A program made the position numbers and the translations under genes. Source: Candidatus Nealsonbacteria bacterium (GTDB lineage: Bacteria; Patescibacteriota; Minisyncoccia; Minisyncoccales; PWPS01). Taken from it: a stretch of 64,000 nt of DNA. The stretch lies in the NCBI GenBank assembly GCA_003551845.1, contig PUNQ01000032.1, positions 23,414 to 87,413 of the forward strand. The letters run 5' to 3'. The notes below the pieces were generated by a model. It searched no databases. It had not been told where the DNA came from and saw only the letters and a list, made by a program, of their open reading frames with translations. Positions 9,636 through 19,349 of the stretch are shown one piece after another. Positions within the stretch are counted from its first letter, which is position 1. Every line of letters begins with the position of its first letter.

Positions 9636-9947
9636 ATGTTCGCAGTAATCAAAACCGGTGGAAAACAATATAAGGTCTCCGAAGGAGATGTCATCGATAT
9701 TGAAAAAATTAACGGAGAAGAAGGTGAAAAGGTCGTTTTTGACCAGGTTTTACTGGTAAAAGACAAGGACCTCGAAGTAGGGAAGCCCAATCTTAAAGAT
9801 TTCAAAGTGACCGGCAAAATCTTGAAGCAGGGAAGAGAGGGAAAGAAAATTGTTTATAAGTACAAGCCGAAAAAAAGACAAAGAAAGAAGAAGGGACACA
9901 GGCAACCCTTTTCCAGAGTTGAAATTAAAGAAATAGTCACCAAATAA
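9636..9947 (+). CDS. rplU: 50S ribosomal protein L21
   Basis: MFAVIKTGGKQYKVSEGD ... GHRQPFS. Confidence 0.98.
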   Translation: MFAVIKTGGKQYKVSEGDVIDIEKINGEEGEKVVFDQVLLVKDKDLEVGKPNLKDFKVTGKILKQGREGKKIVYKYKPKKRQRKKKGHRQPFSRVEIKEIVTK

Positions 9948-9972
9948 AGACTATTGCCTACAAAGCATTGAT

Positions 9973-9997
9973 AAAACCGCCCCTTGGGCGGTTTTTT
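9973..9997. terminator. bidirectional terminator between rplU and recR
   Basis: AAAACCGCCC-CTT-GGGCGGTTTTTT. Confidence 0.85.
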
Positions 9998-10044
9998 GAT
10001 TTAGGAATGACTAAAGAGAATGCGGTAATGACGAGTAAAGTTAG

Positions 10045-10653
10045 TTATTTCCTTCCTTCCAGCGCCGATGACAGGGTCTCTTCATCAGCATATTCAAGCT
10101 CTCCGCCCATCGGTAATCCTTTGGCAAGCTTCGTTATTTTTATGTTGAGATCTTTGAGGTTTCGTTCCAAAAAGAGGCCCGTAGCCTCTCCTTCAGTAGT
10201 AGGGTTAGTAGCGATAATAACCTCTTCAATTTTTTTCGGGCCGAATTTTTCCGGTTTTTCGATCCTTTCCTTCAATTCCCTTATTCTTATCTTTTTTAAG
10301 TTCTTCTTTTTTAATGGACTGACATTTCCTCCCAGAATGAAGTAATAGCCTTTGTATTTATTGGTTTTTTCAAGCGATATCAGATCAGTTTCTCTTTCGA
10401 CAACGGCTAAGATCGGTTCTCTGGAATTATCACTACATACGGAGCAGAGCTTTTTATCTTTTTCCAAACTTCTGTAACAAAAGTTACAAGTATGAACCGA
10501 TGTTTTTAATTTTTCAAGACCGGCAATCAGTTGATCTATCTCTTCCGAAGAAGAGCTTAAAAGATAAAGTGAAAAACGGGTAGCCGTTTTTTTTCCCACC
10601 GTAGGGAAACGTAAAAAAATATTTATTAAGTTTTTTATCGGTTCGGGATACAT
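10045..10653 (-). CDS. recR: recombination mediator RecR
   Basis: PTVGKKTATR HhH, C4 zinc finger, TOPRIM IATNPTTEGEAT, GGELEYAD; start at ATG 10653. Confidence 0.96.
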   Translation of the reverse strand: MYPEPIKNLINIFLRFPTVGKKTATRFSLYLLSSSSEEIDQLIAGLEKLKTSVHTCNFCYRSLEKDKKLCSVCSDNSREPILAVVERETDLISLEKTNKYKGYYFILGGNVSPLKKKNLKKIRIRELKERIEKPEKFGPKKIEEVIIATNPTTEGEATGLFLERNLKDLNIKITKLAKGLPMGGELEYADEETLSSALEGRK

Positions 10654-10663
10654 TGTGGAAATA

Positions 10664-12025
10664 TTATTCTTCGGAATATCTTTTATCGAGAGGTCGGAAA
10701 GAGGTGGTTTCTTCATCCCAATAGAGCTCAATTTTTCCGGTGGGACCGTTACGGTGTTTGGCGATTATTACGTCGGCTATATTTTTTCTCTCCGTGTCGT
10801 CACGATAATAATCTTCTCTGTAAAGAAGCATAACCACGTCGGCATCTTGTTCCAAGGCACCGGTTTCGCGCAGATCCGACAAGCGAGGAATCTTGGGAGT
10901 TCTTTTTTCAACAGCCCTGGAAAGTTGTGAAAGTGCTATGACCGGCACACTTAATTCTCTGGCCAGAGATTTTAAGGATCTCGATATTTCAGTCATCTGC
11001 TGAACCATCGATTCCGATCTCGATCCCGGTTGAATAAGTTGAAGGTAATCGATAATTACGAGTCCCAAACCTTTTTCCGCTTGCAGTCTTCTGGCCATTG
11101 CTCTCATGTGCATGATATTGAAAGAGCTTTTGTCTTCAACGTATATCGGTGCATCCGAAAGCTTATCCATCGCTTCTTGAAGCTTTGTGAAGTCATCCCG
11201 CTCTCCTTTTCCCGATAATTTTCCATTTCTTATCTTCCATAGACCGACTCCCGAAGTTGAAGAGAGAAGTTTGTCGATTATCTGATCTTTGGACATCTCC
11301 AGACTGAATATGCCGACGGGAATGTTATTTTCAACCGCTACATTTTGAGCAATATTGAAGGCCAAAGAAGATTTTCCCATACTCGGTCTGGCAGCCAATA
11401 GGATCAAGTCCGATTTTTGAAATCCGGAAAGTAACCCGTCTATTTTGGGAAATCCACTGGGAACACCACGAGTATCTTGTTCTTGTCTTGAGAGTTTATC
11501 TATTCTTTCAAATGCTTCTTCTAACGCTTCTCCTATGCGTAAAAATTGGTTTCTTAAAGAATTTTTACTGATGTTGAATATCTTTTGTTCCGCCTCGTCC
11601 AAAACTTCTTCGACGTCCCGATCTTCGTTGTAACCTTCCAAACTGATTTCTTGTCCCGCTTTTATCATTTCTCTCAAAATTCTCTTTTTTTGGACTATTT
11701 TTGCACATTCCGCAACATGACTGGAGGTCGGAACCGAATTGACCAGCTCGGTAAGATAACTGTTTCCACCTATTTTTTTAAGCAACTTTTGTTCTTTAAG
11801 ACGATTTCCGACGGAAAGAATATCCACCGATCCCGACTGATTAACGATATCGGTCATCGCTTCGTATATTTTTTGGTGACCGTTGTCATAGAAGTCTTTG
11901 GATTGAAGAAAATCGATTACCTTATATATTGAATCCTTGTCCATCATCAGACCGCCGAGCAATGATTTTTCCGCATCTATGTTTCGAGGAGGTAATTTAT
12001 CCGGTAGGTCTTGGTTTTTAGCCAT
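10664..12025 (-). CDS. dnaB: replicative DNA helicase DnaB
   Basis: AARPSMGKS, FSLEMS, IDYLQL, LSQLSR, DLRETGALEQDAD, KHRNGPTG; no intein. Confidence 0.98.
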   Translation of the reverse strand: MAKNQDLPDKLPPRNIDAEKSLLGGLMMDKDSIYKVIDFLQSKDFYDNGHQKIYEAMTDIVNQSGSVDILSVGNRLKEQKLLKKIGGNSYLTELVNSVPTSSHVAECAKIVQKKRILREMIKAGQEISLEGYNEDRDVEEVLDEAEQKIFNISKNSLRNQFLRIGEALEEAFERIDKLSRQEQDTRGVPSGFPKIDGLLSGFQKSDLILLAARPSMGKSSLAFNIAQNVAVENNIPVGIFSLEMSKDQIIDKLLSSTSGVGLWKIRNGKLSGKGERDDFTKLQEAMDKLSDAPIYVEDKSSFNIMHMRAMARRLQAEKGLGLVIIDYLQLIQPGSRSESMVQQMTEISRSLKSLARELSVPVIALSQLSRAVEKRTPKIPRLSDLRETGALEQDADVVMLLYREDYYRDDTERKNIADVIIAKHRNGPTGKIELYWDEETTSFRPLDKRYSEE

Positions 12026-12028
12026 CTT

Positions 12029-13384
12029 TTATATTTTTTTTAATTTGTAACCATCTTTTACGTCTTCTATTTTATACCCCGATTCATTTATCTTCTTCCT
12101 CATCTCGTCAGCCTTTTCATATTGACCGTTTTCTCTGAATTTTTTTCTTTTTTCTGCTAAATATTCAATTTCTTTCGGTATATTTTGTTCCTTATTCAAT
12201 TCAAGACCCAAAACCCGATCAAAATCAAGAATGGTCTCTTTTTTATCTTCCGGATCGATTGAATTATCCTTAATCAAGGTCCAAACCACCTCCAAAGCCC
12301 GGGGGCTGTTCAAATCATCGTTCAGAACTGATAAGAATTTTTTCTTATAATCTTCATCTATTCGTCCTTTTTTATCATAACTCAAATTTTGAACTCTTTC
12401 GCGCATCTTCCGGAGGGAATTTTCCGCTCCTTGCATCGCTTTCTCTGAAAAATTCATTTTTGAGCGATAATGAGAATTCAGTACCAGATATCTGTAAGCG
12501 AGAGGCGAGTGGGTTTCAGTTATATCTTTCAAAGTGTAGAAATTATCTTTGGATTTGGACATTTTTTCTCCTTCTACGGTTAAGAATTCACCGTGCATCC
12601 AAAAGTTAGCGGGGTTTTTACCGAATGCAGCTTCGGATTGAGCAATTTCATTGGGATGATGTATCTCAATATGATCAATTCCTCCACAATGAATGTCGAA
12701 CGGTATGCTCAAATACTTTTCAGCCATGACCACACATTCGGTATGCCATCCCGGGAAACCGACTCCCCAAGGAGACTCCCATTCCATTTGCCGCTTTTCT
12801 TTCGGATCGGAGAATTTCCAAAGAGCAAAATCGGTCGGATTCTTTTTTCCTTTTACGGACACTCTTTTTCCGGCCTCGATTTCGTCCAAATTAGCCATTT
12901 CTCCGTAACTTTCCAATTTGGACGTGTCAAAATAGACACCGTCCTCTATTTGATAGGTAAACCCCTTGTCTTCCAGTATTTTTATCAGATTGATCTGCTC
13001 GTCTATAGTGTCGGTTGCCTTTACGAAGATATCCGGATTTTTAATGTTTAATTTTTTTATATCTTTCTTGAATTCTTTCGTATAGTATTCGGCTATCTCC
13101 CAAGCTGTTTTCCCTTCTTCACGAGCTTTCTTTTCCACCTTATCTTCACCCGAGTCATCATCCGAAACCAGGTGTCCGACATCGGTAATGTTCATTACGT
13201 GTTTTACCTCATATCCGTTGTAGAGGAGTGTTCGTTTCAAAAGATCTTCGAAGATGTATGTTTTCAGGTTTCCGATATGAGCATAATCGTAAACGGTCGG
13301 CCCACAAGTATAAAGACGAACCTTTTCTTCCAAGGGTTCGAATAATTCTTTTTTTCTAATTTTACTGTTGTAAAGCTTGATCAT
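12029..13384 (-). CDS. cysS: cysteine--tRNA ligase
   Basis: CGPTVYDYAHIGN, PGWHTEC, DIHCGGIDH, KMSKS. Confidence 0.98.
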   Translation of the reverse strand: MIKLYNSKIRKKELFEPLEEKVRLYTCGPTVYDYAHIGNLKTYIFEDLLKRTLLYNGYEVKHVMNITDVGHLVSDDDSGEDKVEKKAREEGKTAWEIAEYYTKEFKKDIKKLNIKNPDIFVKATDTIDEQINLIKILEDKGFTYQIEDGVYFDTSKLESYGEMANLDEIEAGKRVSVKGKKNPTDFALWKFSDPKEKRQMEWESPWGVGFPGWHTECVVMAEKYLSIPFDIHCGGIDHIEIHHPNEIAQSEAAFGKNPANFWMHGEFLTVEGEKMSKSKDNFYTLKDITETHSPLAYRYLVLNSHYRSKMNFSEKAMQGAENSLRKMRERVQNLSYDKKGRIDEDYKKKFLSVLNDDLNSPRALEVVWTLIKDNSIDPEDKKETILDFDRVLGLELNKEQNIPKEIEYLAEKRKKFRENGQYEKADEMRKKINESGYKIEDVKDGYKLKKI

Positions 13385-13450
13385 GCTGTTTTCATGTTAA
13401 CACAAAAACGACTTTGATTCCATCCCGATTTGTTGTAGAATCATTATGAT

Positions 13451-14014
13451 ATGCCATTGGAAACTTTTCCCGAAATACAAGCGTTCCTGGTCTCGATTTT
13501 ACCCATAGCGGGCATCAGGGTGTCAATTCCTTTTGCAGTTACGGTGCTTGAATTGAGTTGGCAGAGCGCCTTTTTAATCTCAATAGCCGGAGGTGTCTTT
13601 GCGATGTTTATGATTTTTACTTTTTTGGAATGGGTTACCGAGTTTTTGAGAAAATACTTTAGGATTTTTGAAATTATCATTGATTATATTTTTGAAAAGA
13701 CAAGAAGAGAAAAGAAGGAAAGTGTTGAAAAATACGGATATTTCGCTTTGGCCGGATTTACCGCGGTTCCACTTCCTTTCAGTGGAGTTTGGACAGCCTC
13801 TCTGGTTGCTTATCTTTTCGGCTTGAATTACAGAAAATCGGTTTTGTCGATTTTTTTCGGAGCATTGGTTTCGGCAATTATTGTCACGGCGGTAACCGTT
13901 ACGGGAGAAACGATAACCACTAACGGAGGATTAAGACTGGTGGGACTTTTTTTCTTGATTGCAATTTTTTACTACTATCTATTTTTTAATAAAAAAGAAG
14001 AAAAACATGAATAA
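13451..14014 (+). CDS. small multidrug export family membrane protein (COG2426-like)
   Basis: ILPIAGIRVSIP, FTAVPLPFSGVWTASL. Confidence 0.8.
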   Translation: MPLETFPEIQAFLVSILPIAGIRVSIPFAVTVLELSWQSAFLISIAGGVFAMFMIFTFLEWVTEFLRKYFRIFEIIIDYIFEKTRREKKESVEKYGYFALAGFTAVPLPFSGVWTASLVAYLFGLNYRKSVLSIFFGALVSAIIVTAVTVTGETITTNGGLRLVGLFFLIAIFYYYLFFNKKEEKHE

Positions 14015-15125
14015 TTTGGTTTTATACAGAAAATACAGACCCAAGAAATTTTCGGACGTAATCGGTCAGGATCACGTCGTTAAAACATTGAAAAATGCGA
14101 TTGAAAATAAGAATATATCCCACGCATATCTTTTTGCCGGCCCACGTGGAACGGGAAAAACTACGATGGCTCGTCTTTTGGCGAAAGCGGTAAATTGTCT
14201 TGAGGAATCAACCGGCGCGGAGCCTTGTAATGAATGTGTGGCTTGTCAGTCGATAAATAAAGGGAACGCCGTTGATCTGGTTGAAATAGATGCCGCTTCA
14301 CATCGGGGAATAGATGAGATCAGGGAACTCAGGGAGGGGATAAAGTTTTCACCCACCAGCCTGAAGTACAAAGTATACATTATCGATGAAAGCCATCAAT
14401 TGACCAAGGGAGCGGCCAACGCTTTGCTTAAAACTTTGGAAGAGGCTCCGGATCATGCAATATTCGTATTGGCAACTACGGAACCACAGAAATTGATCCC
14501 GACCATAATATCCCGGTGTCAACGGTTTGATTTTAAAAAATTGAATTTGGAAGAGATAGTTGAAAAGTTGAAGATAATTTTAAAAAAAGAAGAGGTTAAA
14601 GCCGATCGGAGGTCTTTGGAAATAATCGCTACGGCTGCCGCCGGATCTTTTCGGGATGCGGAAAGCCTTCTGGATCAGGTTTTGACTTTCACCGGAAAGA
14701 AGATACGGGAAGAAGAGGTTAAAAATCTACTCGGTTTGGTGGAAACGGAATATGTTTCATCTTTTGTTGATTTACTCATTGAAAAAAAAGATTCGAAAGC
14801 CATAAAATTTTTGAGGAAACTTTATGAAGAGGGGGTAAATTTGGAAGAGTTTCACAATCTACTTTTGGAGTATTTGAGACATCTCCTGATTGTCGGATTG
14901 TCCGGAATCGATTTGGAAAAAGATGAAAGCTCGGTAGTGGCGAGCTTGAAGATAAGCTTTACCGGTGAGGAGATGGAAAAGATAAAAAAGCAGACGGAGA
15001 AAATAAAAACCGAAGAGACAACCGAAATGCTACGGATATTTTTAGAAGCGGGCAAGCAAATGGATCACTCTCCCATACTTCAACTTCCATTGGAGATGGC
15101 AATCGTGGAGTTTTGTATCGATTGA
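14007..15125 (+). CDS. dnaX: DNA polymerase III subunit gamma/tau
   Basis: LYRKYRP, GPRGTGKTT, zinc Cys cluster, EIDAAS, IIDESH, SRCQRF; start ATG 14007. Confidence 0.97.
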   Translation: MNNLVLYRKYRPKKFSDVIGQDHVVKTLKNAIENKNISHAYLFAGPRGTGKTTMARLLAKAVNCLEESTGAEPCNECVACQSINKGNAVDLVEIDAASHRGIDEIRELREGIKFSPTSLKYKVYIIDESHQLTKGAANALLKTLEEAPDHAIFVLATTEPQKLIPTIISRCQRFDFKKLNLEEIVEKLKIILKKEEVKADRRSLEIIATAAAGSFRDAESLLDQVLTFTGKKIREEEVKNLLGLVETEYVSSFVDLLIEKKDSKAIKFLRKLYEEGVNLEEFHNLLLEYLRHLLIVGLSGIDLEKDESSVVASLKISFTGEEMEKIKKQTEKIKTEETTEMLRIFLEAGKQMDHSPILQLPLEMAIVEFCID

Positions 15126-15136
15126 TTAGAAATATT

Positions 15137-15207
15137 TGCGGGATGGTGTAATGGTAACACGCCGGGTTCTGGTCCCGGTAATCCAGGTTCGAGTCCCGGT
15201 CCCGCAG
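15137..15207 (+). tRNA. tRNA-Gln(CTG)
   Basis: TGCGGGA/TCCCGCA acceptor, CCGGG-TTCTGGT-CCCGG anticodon arm, TTCGAGT T-loop; one A-C mismatch in T-stem. Confidence 0.93.
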
Positions 15208-15266
15208 CAAAGCTGTAAAATTAATTTCAGAATTCAACTCTTGAATAAGATAAAACAAGTTTTCAT

Positions 15267-16328
15267 ATGGCATTACCGAGTTATTCATTTTTGCTGAAAT
15301 ATTTATTATCCAAAAAAGTGAGAGCTCCGATCTACTTGATTTTTGAGCCGACTGCAAGGTGCAATTCAAATTGTTCTTTTTGCTACAACAAGGAGAAGTT
15401 AAACGAATCCGAAGAAATGAAAGCGGAGGAGATAGATCTTTTTACGAGAAAGATGGACAAATTGCTCACCCTGGCACTTAGTGGTGGAGAACCTTTTTTA
15501 AGAGAAGATCTGTCGGAAGTGGTTGAAATATTTTCAAAAAATGTGGATATGGAATACTTGATCATACCCACGAACGGATTATTACCCGATCTGATTAAGG
15601 AAAAAACTTTACGAATAATCGACAAATATGAAAAAAAATTGATAGTGACTCTTTCTCTTGACGGCTTGCATCAAAAACATGATGAAATAAGGGGGGTTGA
15701 AGGAAATTTTGAAAGACTCTTGGAAACTTATGATAACTTGTCGGCGATCGATGAGGATAATTTGGAGATATCGGTTAACACCTGCCTGAATTCGTCGAAT
15801 AAAGAAGAATTCGTTGAAATTCGTGAATTTGTAAGAAAAAGAATGCCGAAAACAAAAGCTCATAACTTTTCTTTCATGAGAGGGAGTTTTCCGGATAGCG
15901 ATTTGAAGGAAGTTGATCTCGATTTCGTAAAAAAGAATAAAGAGGAATTGCAAAAAACGGCAATTGGAAGCAGGGAGTTTTCATTTGATCCTTACGGGTC
16001 GTTTTTGAAAGCGATAAGAGCGGAATATTACTCCGTTTATGAAAATAATCAAGGTAATGAGCGAAACTGGGATTGTTATGCGGGCAACTTGGCTTGTTAC
16101 ATCGACTTTAAAGGCAATCTTTATCCCTGTGAATCACTTCCTCCAATCGGCAATTTGGAGGATTACGATTATCAATTTGAAGATTTGTGGTTTTCGGAAG
16201 TCGCCTCCGGAGTCAGGAAAGGGATAAAGGATGGAAAATGCAATTGTAATCATGGCTGCTTCGTTAAGCTCAGTTTAATGTTCAATCTCAAAATTTACCC
16301 CAAATTAATTAGGCATGTCGGAAAATAA
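15267..16328 (+). CDS. radical SAM protein with SPASM/twitch domain
   Basis: CNSNCSFC (CxxxCxxC), SGGEPFLR, SLDG, C-terminal CYAG..GNLYPC..CNCNHGC. Confidence 0.9.
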   Translation: MALPSYSFLLKYLLSKKVRAPIYLIFEPTARCNSNCSFCYNKEKLNESEEMKAEEIDLFTRKMDKLLTLALSGGEPFLREDLSEVVEIFSKNVDMEYLIIPTNGLLPDLIKEKTLRIIDKYEKKLIVTLSLDGLHQKHDEIRGVEGNFERLLETYDNLSAIDEDNLEISVNTCLNSSNKEEFVEIREFVRKRMPKTKAHNFSFMRGSFPDSDLKEVDLDFVKKNKEELQKTAIGSREFSFDPYGSFLKAIRAEYYSVYENNQGNERNWDCYAGNLACYIDFKGNLYPCESLPPIGNLEDYDYQFEDLWFSEVASGVRKGIKDGKCNCNHGCFVKLSLMFNLKIYPKLIRHVGK

Positions 16329-17307
16329 ACCGAAGGTTAAAATTGTGGTACCGCTCGTAGAAATTGATGATTATGCGATTGAGTGCATCAAAAAAATAGG
16401 TAAAATCGATTATGATAATTGGGATCTAATTTTGATTACGGATAAGCGGATAAAAGAAAGCTTTGAAAAAACCGAAATTATCGTCAGTGGTAATTTGACC
16501 ATAGGAGCAAAAAGAAATCTGGCCATTGAAAAATACAAGGAGGATGCGGACTTTTTTGCTTTTATCGATTCCGATGCATTTCCGGAAAAGTCCTGGATTA
16601 CTGAAGCTATCGGAAAGTTTATCGGTGAAGATCTTGACCCGGCAGCAGTCGGAGGACCCAATTTATTGCCTCCGGATTCCGGTTGGAGAGAAGTTTGCGC
16701 GTCCAATGCCATAAGCTCCCCGGTTATTTCCGGATTCAACTCCTTCTATTACAAAAAAGAAAAGAGCAGGCATGTCGACAAATTACCGACTTGCAATTTG
16801 ATCGTCAAAGCTTCGGTTTTTGATCAAGTGGGTCTTTTCAATGAAAGCTTGGTAACGGGTGAGGACAAAGAATTTTGTCAACGAATCGTTGAAAATCAAA
16901 AGAAAATTCTATATTCACAAGACGTAATTGTTTATCATCACAGAAGAAAGCTCTGGATGCCGTTTTTTAAGCAGAGATTCGTTTATGGATCGGGAATAGT
17001 TGAAAAGATCGGGCTCGGGTTGAATGAAGATAAGGCTCATTTAATTATTCCTCCACTCACAACTCTTTATTTTCCGGCGGGTTTTTGGATTAGCCGGGTT
17101 TCGGATACGGGAAGACTTTTTTTCATCATCACTGTTTTAGTTCTTTTAATCGTTTTTATTTTTGAAGCGGCAAGAAATTCAAAAAAAATTATTCATATTC
17201 CACCGACTTTTTTTGCAATACTCATCTCTTTTTTCATGCCCGGACTCGGCTTTTACTTTAGATTAATCGGGGGTTTTGATTTTAAAAAATTATATCGAAG
17301 ACGATAG
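16315..17307 (+). CDS. glycosyltransferase family 2 with C-terminal TM helices
   Basis: KRNLAI, AFIDSD (DxD), GEDKEFC, HHRR. Confidence 0.88.
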   Translation: MSENKPKVKIVVPLVEIDDYAIECIKKIGKIDYDNWDLILITDKRIKESFEKTEIIVSGNLTIGAKRNLAIEKYKEDADFFAFIDSDAFPEKSWITEAIGKFIGEDLDPAAVGGPNLLPPDSGWREVCASNAISSPVISGFNSFYYKKEKSRHVDKLPTCNLIVKASVFDQVGLFNESLVTGEDKEFCQRIVENQKKILYSQDVIVYHHRRKLWMPFFKQRFVYGSGIVEKIGLGLNEDKAHLIIPPLTTLYFPAGFWISRVSDTGRLFFIITVLVLLIVFIFEAARNSKKIIHIPPTFFAILISFFMPGLGFYFRLIGGFDFKKLYRRR

Positions 17308-17390
17308 AGGATGCAACTTTTCTTTTTTGTCGAGAGGCAAGAAGTGGTGATTTGATTTTTAATTAATAGTAGTTATAATAATTAAGCTTT

Positions 17391-17461
17391 TGCGGGATGG
17401 TGTAATGGTAACACGCCTGGTTTTGGTCCAGGTAATCCAGGTTCGAGTCCTGGTCCCGCAG
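17391..17461 (+). tRNA. tRNA-Gln(TTG)
   Basis: Same body as 15137-15207 with CCTGG-TTTTGGT-CCAGG anticodon arm; TATAAT just upstream. Confidence 0.95.
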
Positions 17462-17462
17462 C

Positions 17463-17500
17463 ATAAAAAGAAAAACTCCGTGAGGAGTTTTTCTTTTTAT
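17463..17500 (+). terminator. terminator after tRNA-Gln(TTG)
   Basis: 17-bp perfect inverted repeat ATAAAAAGAAAAACTCC-GTGA-GGAGTTTTTCTTTTTAT. Confidence 0.85.
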
Positions 17501-17681
17501 TGGTGGGTTGTGAGGAGAAGCGAACTACCGAATTGCGACGACCCGAGCTTTGCGAGGGGAGGACGGCAATGCCTTCGGGCAACTCATTCGAGTCCGGTAA
17601 GTTGTATTGAAAAATTTTCAGTAACAGGATTTTTATTTATATGGTTTTTCGGATATAATAAAACATCAAATCAATGGTAAT

Positions 17682-17936
17682 ATGAAAAAAAGATTCAAAG
17701 AAAAAGTGTTACAAATCGTTTCCGGAATACCGAAGGGAGGGGCTATGACTTACAAGCAGGTCGCCTCTGAAGCCGGCCGCCGGAAGGCATACAGGGCGGT
17801 CGGTAATATTTTAAAAAACAACGAAGATCAAAAGATTCCTTGCCACAGGGTAATTCGTTCCGATGAATCCATCGGCGGATACAACAAAGGAAAGGAGAAG
17901 AAAAAGGCATTACTTGAAAAAGAGGGGTTTTTATGA
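17682..17936 (+). CDS. MGMT family O6-alkylguanine-DNA alkyltransferase (single domain)
   Basis: TYKQVA, RAVGNIL, active-site IPCHRVI, GGY. Confidence 0.9.
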   Translation: MKKRFKEKVLQIVSGIPKGGAMTYKQVASEAGRRKAYRAVGNILKNNEDQKIPCHRVIRSDESIGGYNKGKEKKKALLEKEGFL

Positions 17937-18118
17937 ATTGCCGGTTGAGATTTCTATTATAAAATTACCGAGCCGGAAGATCTTTTAATTTTTTTTGAGT
18001 ATTACACTTAATTGATTCAAATCTTGTTGATTAAAAAAATAAATTGAATAATTCGAGCTTTTATTATTTTTAAATCGTATATTTTGAAATTAATATTCAA
18101 TTTCAAAAAACCGAAGAT

Positions 18119-19315
18119 ATGAAAAAAAGACCTGAACTTATGAGTCCGATTAAAAACAGGGCCGGATTCGAAGCCTGCAAGGATTATGCCGATGCGGTTT
18201 ATTTCGGTGTGTCGGAATTTAATCTTCGATCCAACTCCAAAGGAATAGATGTAGATGAATTGAAGGACTTTATGAAGCTTTGCCATCGTAATCGGGTCAA
18301 AGGTTATTTGACGGTTAATTCGAGTCTTTACAATTATGAGTTGAGTGCAGTTGAAGATTTGATGAAAAGGGCTCAAAAGGCAAAAGTGGATGCGGTTATA
18401 GTTTGGGATCCGGCGGCGATACGAACAGCCAAAAGGCTTGGCTTAAAATTTTTCATATCCACGCAAGCCAATGTCTCAAATTGGAAAGCGGCTAAGTTTT
18501 ATGAAGATCTCGGAGCAAAGCGGGTGATATTGTCTCGAGAAATGAGTCTGGAACAGATATCCCAAGTAAAGAAAAAAACCGCACTGGAGGTAGAGGCCTT
18601 TATTCACGGAGCAATGTGTATCGCTATTTCCGGAAGATGTCTTTTGTCCGCTTTTTATGAAAATAAATCGGCGAACAAAGGCGCCTGCAATCAGCTCTGC
18701 AGGAGAAAGTGGTGGCTTACGGATGAGGAGGGAAAAAAATTGAAAATCGATGGAAAGTATTTTTTAAGCCCCAAAGACATATGTATGATCGAGTATCTAC
18801 CGGAAATGATCGATGCGGGGATAGATTCTTTTAAAATAGAAGGAAGGCAAAGGGATGCAAGATACGTAAGGGAAACGGCTAAATATTACAGAAAAGCGAT
18901 AGATGCCCATTGTGAAGGTGATTTTAATCGGAAAAAAGCGAAAAAATGGAAGAAAGAATTGAAAAAGGTTTACAATCGTAATTTTACAACCGGATTTTAT
19001 TTTGGAGAGCCGGGTGGGGAAGGAATTAATTTTGAATTCTCCGGGAGCGCGGCTACACAAAAAAAGATTCAGGTCGGAAAAGTTACCAATTTTTATTCAC
19101 GGATAAAAGTGGCATCGGTTGAGCTTTTGCACAGAGGCTTGGAAGTTGGAGACAAAATTTTAATAGAAGGGGAAACCACTTATTGTCAAGTGGAAATAAG
19201 CTCCTTACAGATAAACGGCAAAGAAGTTACAAGGGCTGAAAAAGGAGAGGAGGTCGGAATTAAATTAAGCACGAAAGCGAGAAAAAAAGACAAGGTTTTC
19301 ATACTGGTGGAGTAA
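18119..19315 (+). CDS. U32 family peptidase-like protein (TrhP/RlhA-type Fe-S RNA hydroxylase family)
   Basis: PELMSP, ADAVYFG, STQAN, HGAMCIAISGRC, CNQLCR, SFKIEGR. Confidence 0.9.
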   Translation: MKKRPELMSPIKNRAGFEACKDYADAVYFGVSEFNLRSNSKGIDVDELKDFMKLCHRNRVKGYLTVNSSLYNYELSAVEDLMKRAQKAKVDAVIVWDPAAIRTAKRLGLKFFISTQANVSNWKAAKFYEDLGAKRVILSREMSLEQISQVKKKTALEVEAFIHGAMCIAISGRCLLSAFYENKSANKGACNQLCRRKWWLTDEEGKKLKIDGKYFLSPKDICMIEYLPEMIDAGIDSFKIEGRQRDARYVRETAKYYRKAIDAHCEGDFNRKKAKKWKKELKKVYNRNFTTGFYFGEPGGEGINFEFSGSAATQKKIQVGKVTNFYSRIKVASVELLHRGLEVGDKILIEGETTYCQVEISSLQINGKEVTRAEKGEEVGIKLSTKARKKDKVFILVE

Positions 19316-19349
19316 TTGTTTTTTTATAAAAATTTGCTATACTCAAACA

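Noticed and set aside
9968..10345. Numerous 60-165 aa antisense or alternate-frame ORFs across the window
   Set aside because: Shadow ORFs of well-supported genes with F/S/I-rich composition typical of antisense translation
15267..16328. Radical SAM genes (also 40256-41791) as hydrogenase maturases HydE/HydG
   Set aside because: Architectures are SPASM-type and B12-binding type, not BioB/ThiH-like, and they are unlinked to hydA
17382..17680. ORFs 17390-17680 (+) and 17382-17582 (-)
   Set aside because: They overlap tRNA-Gln, its terminator and a structured element; no protein features
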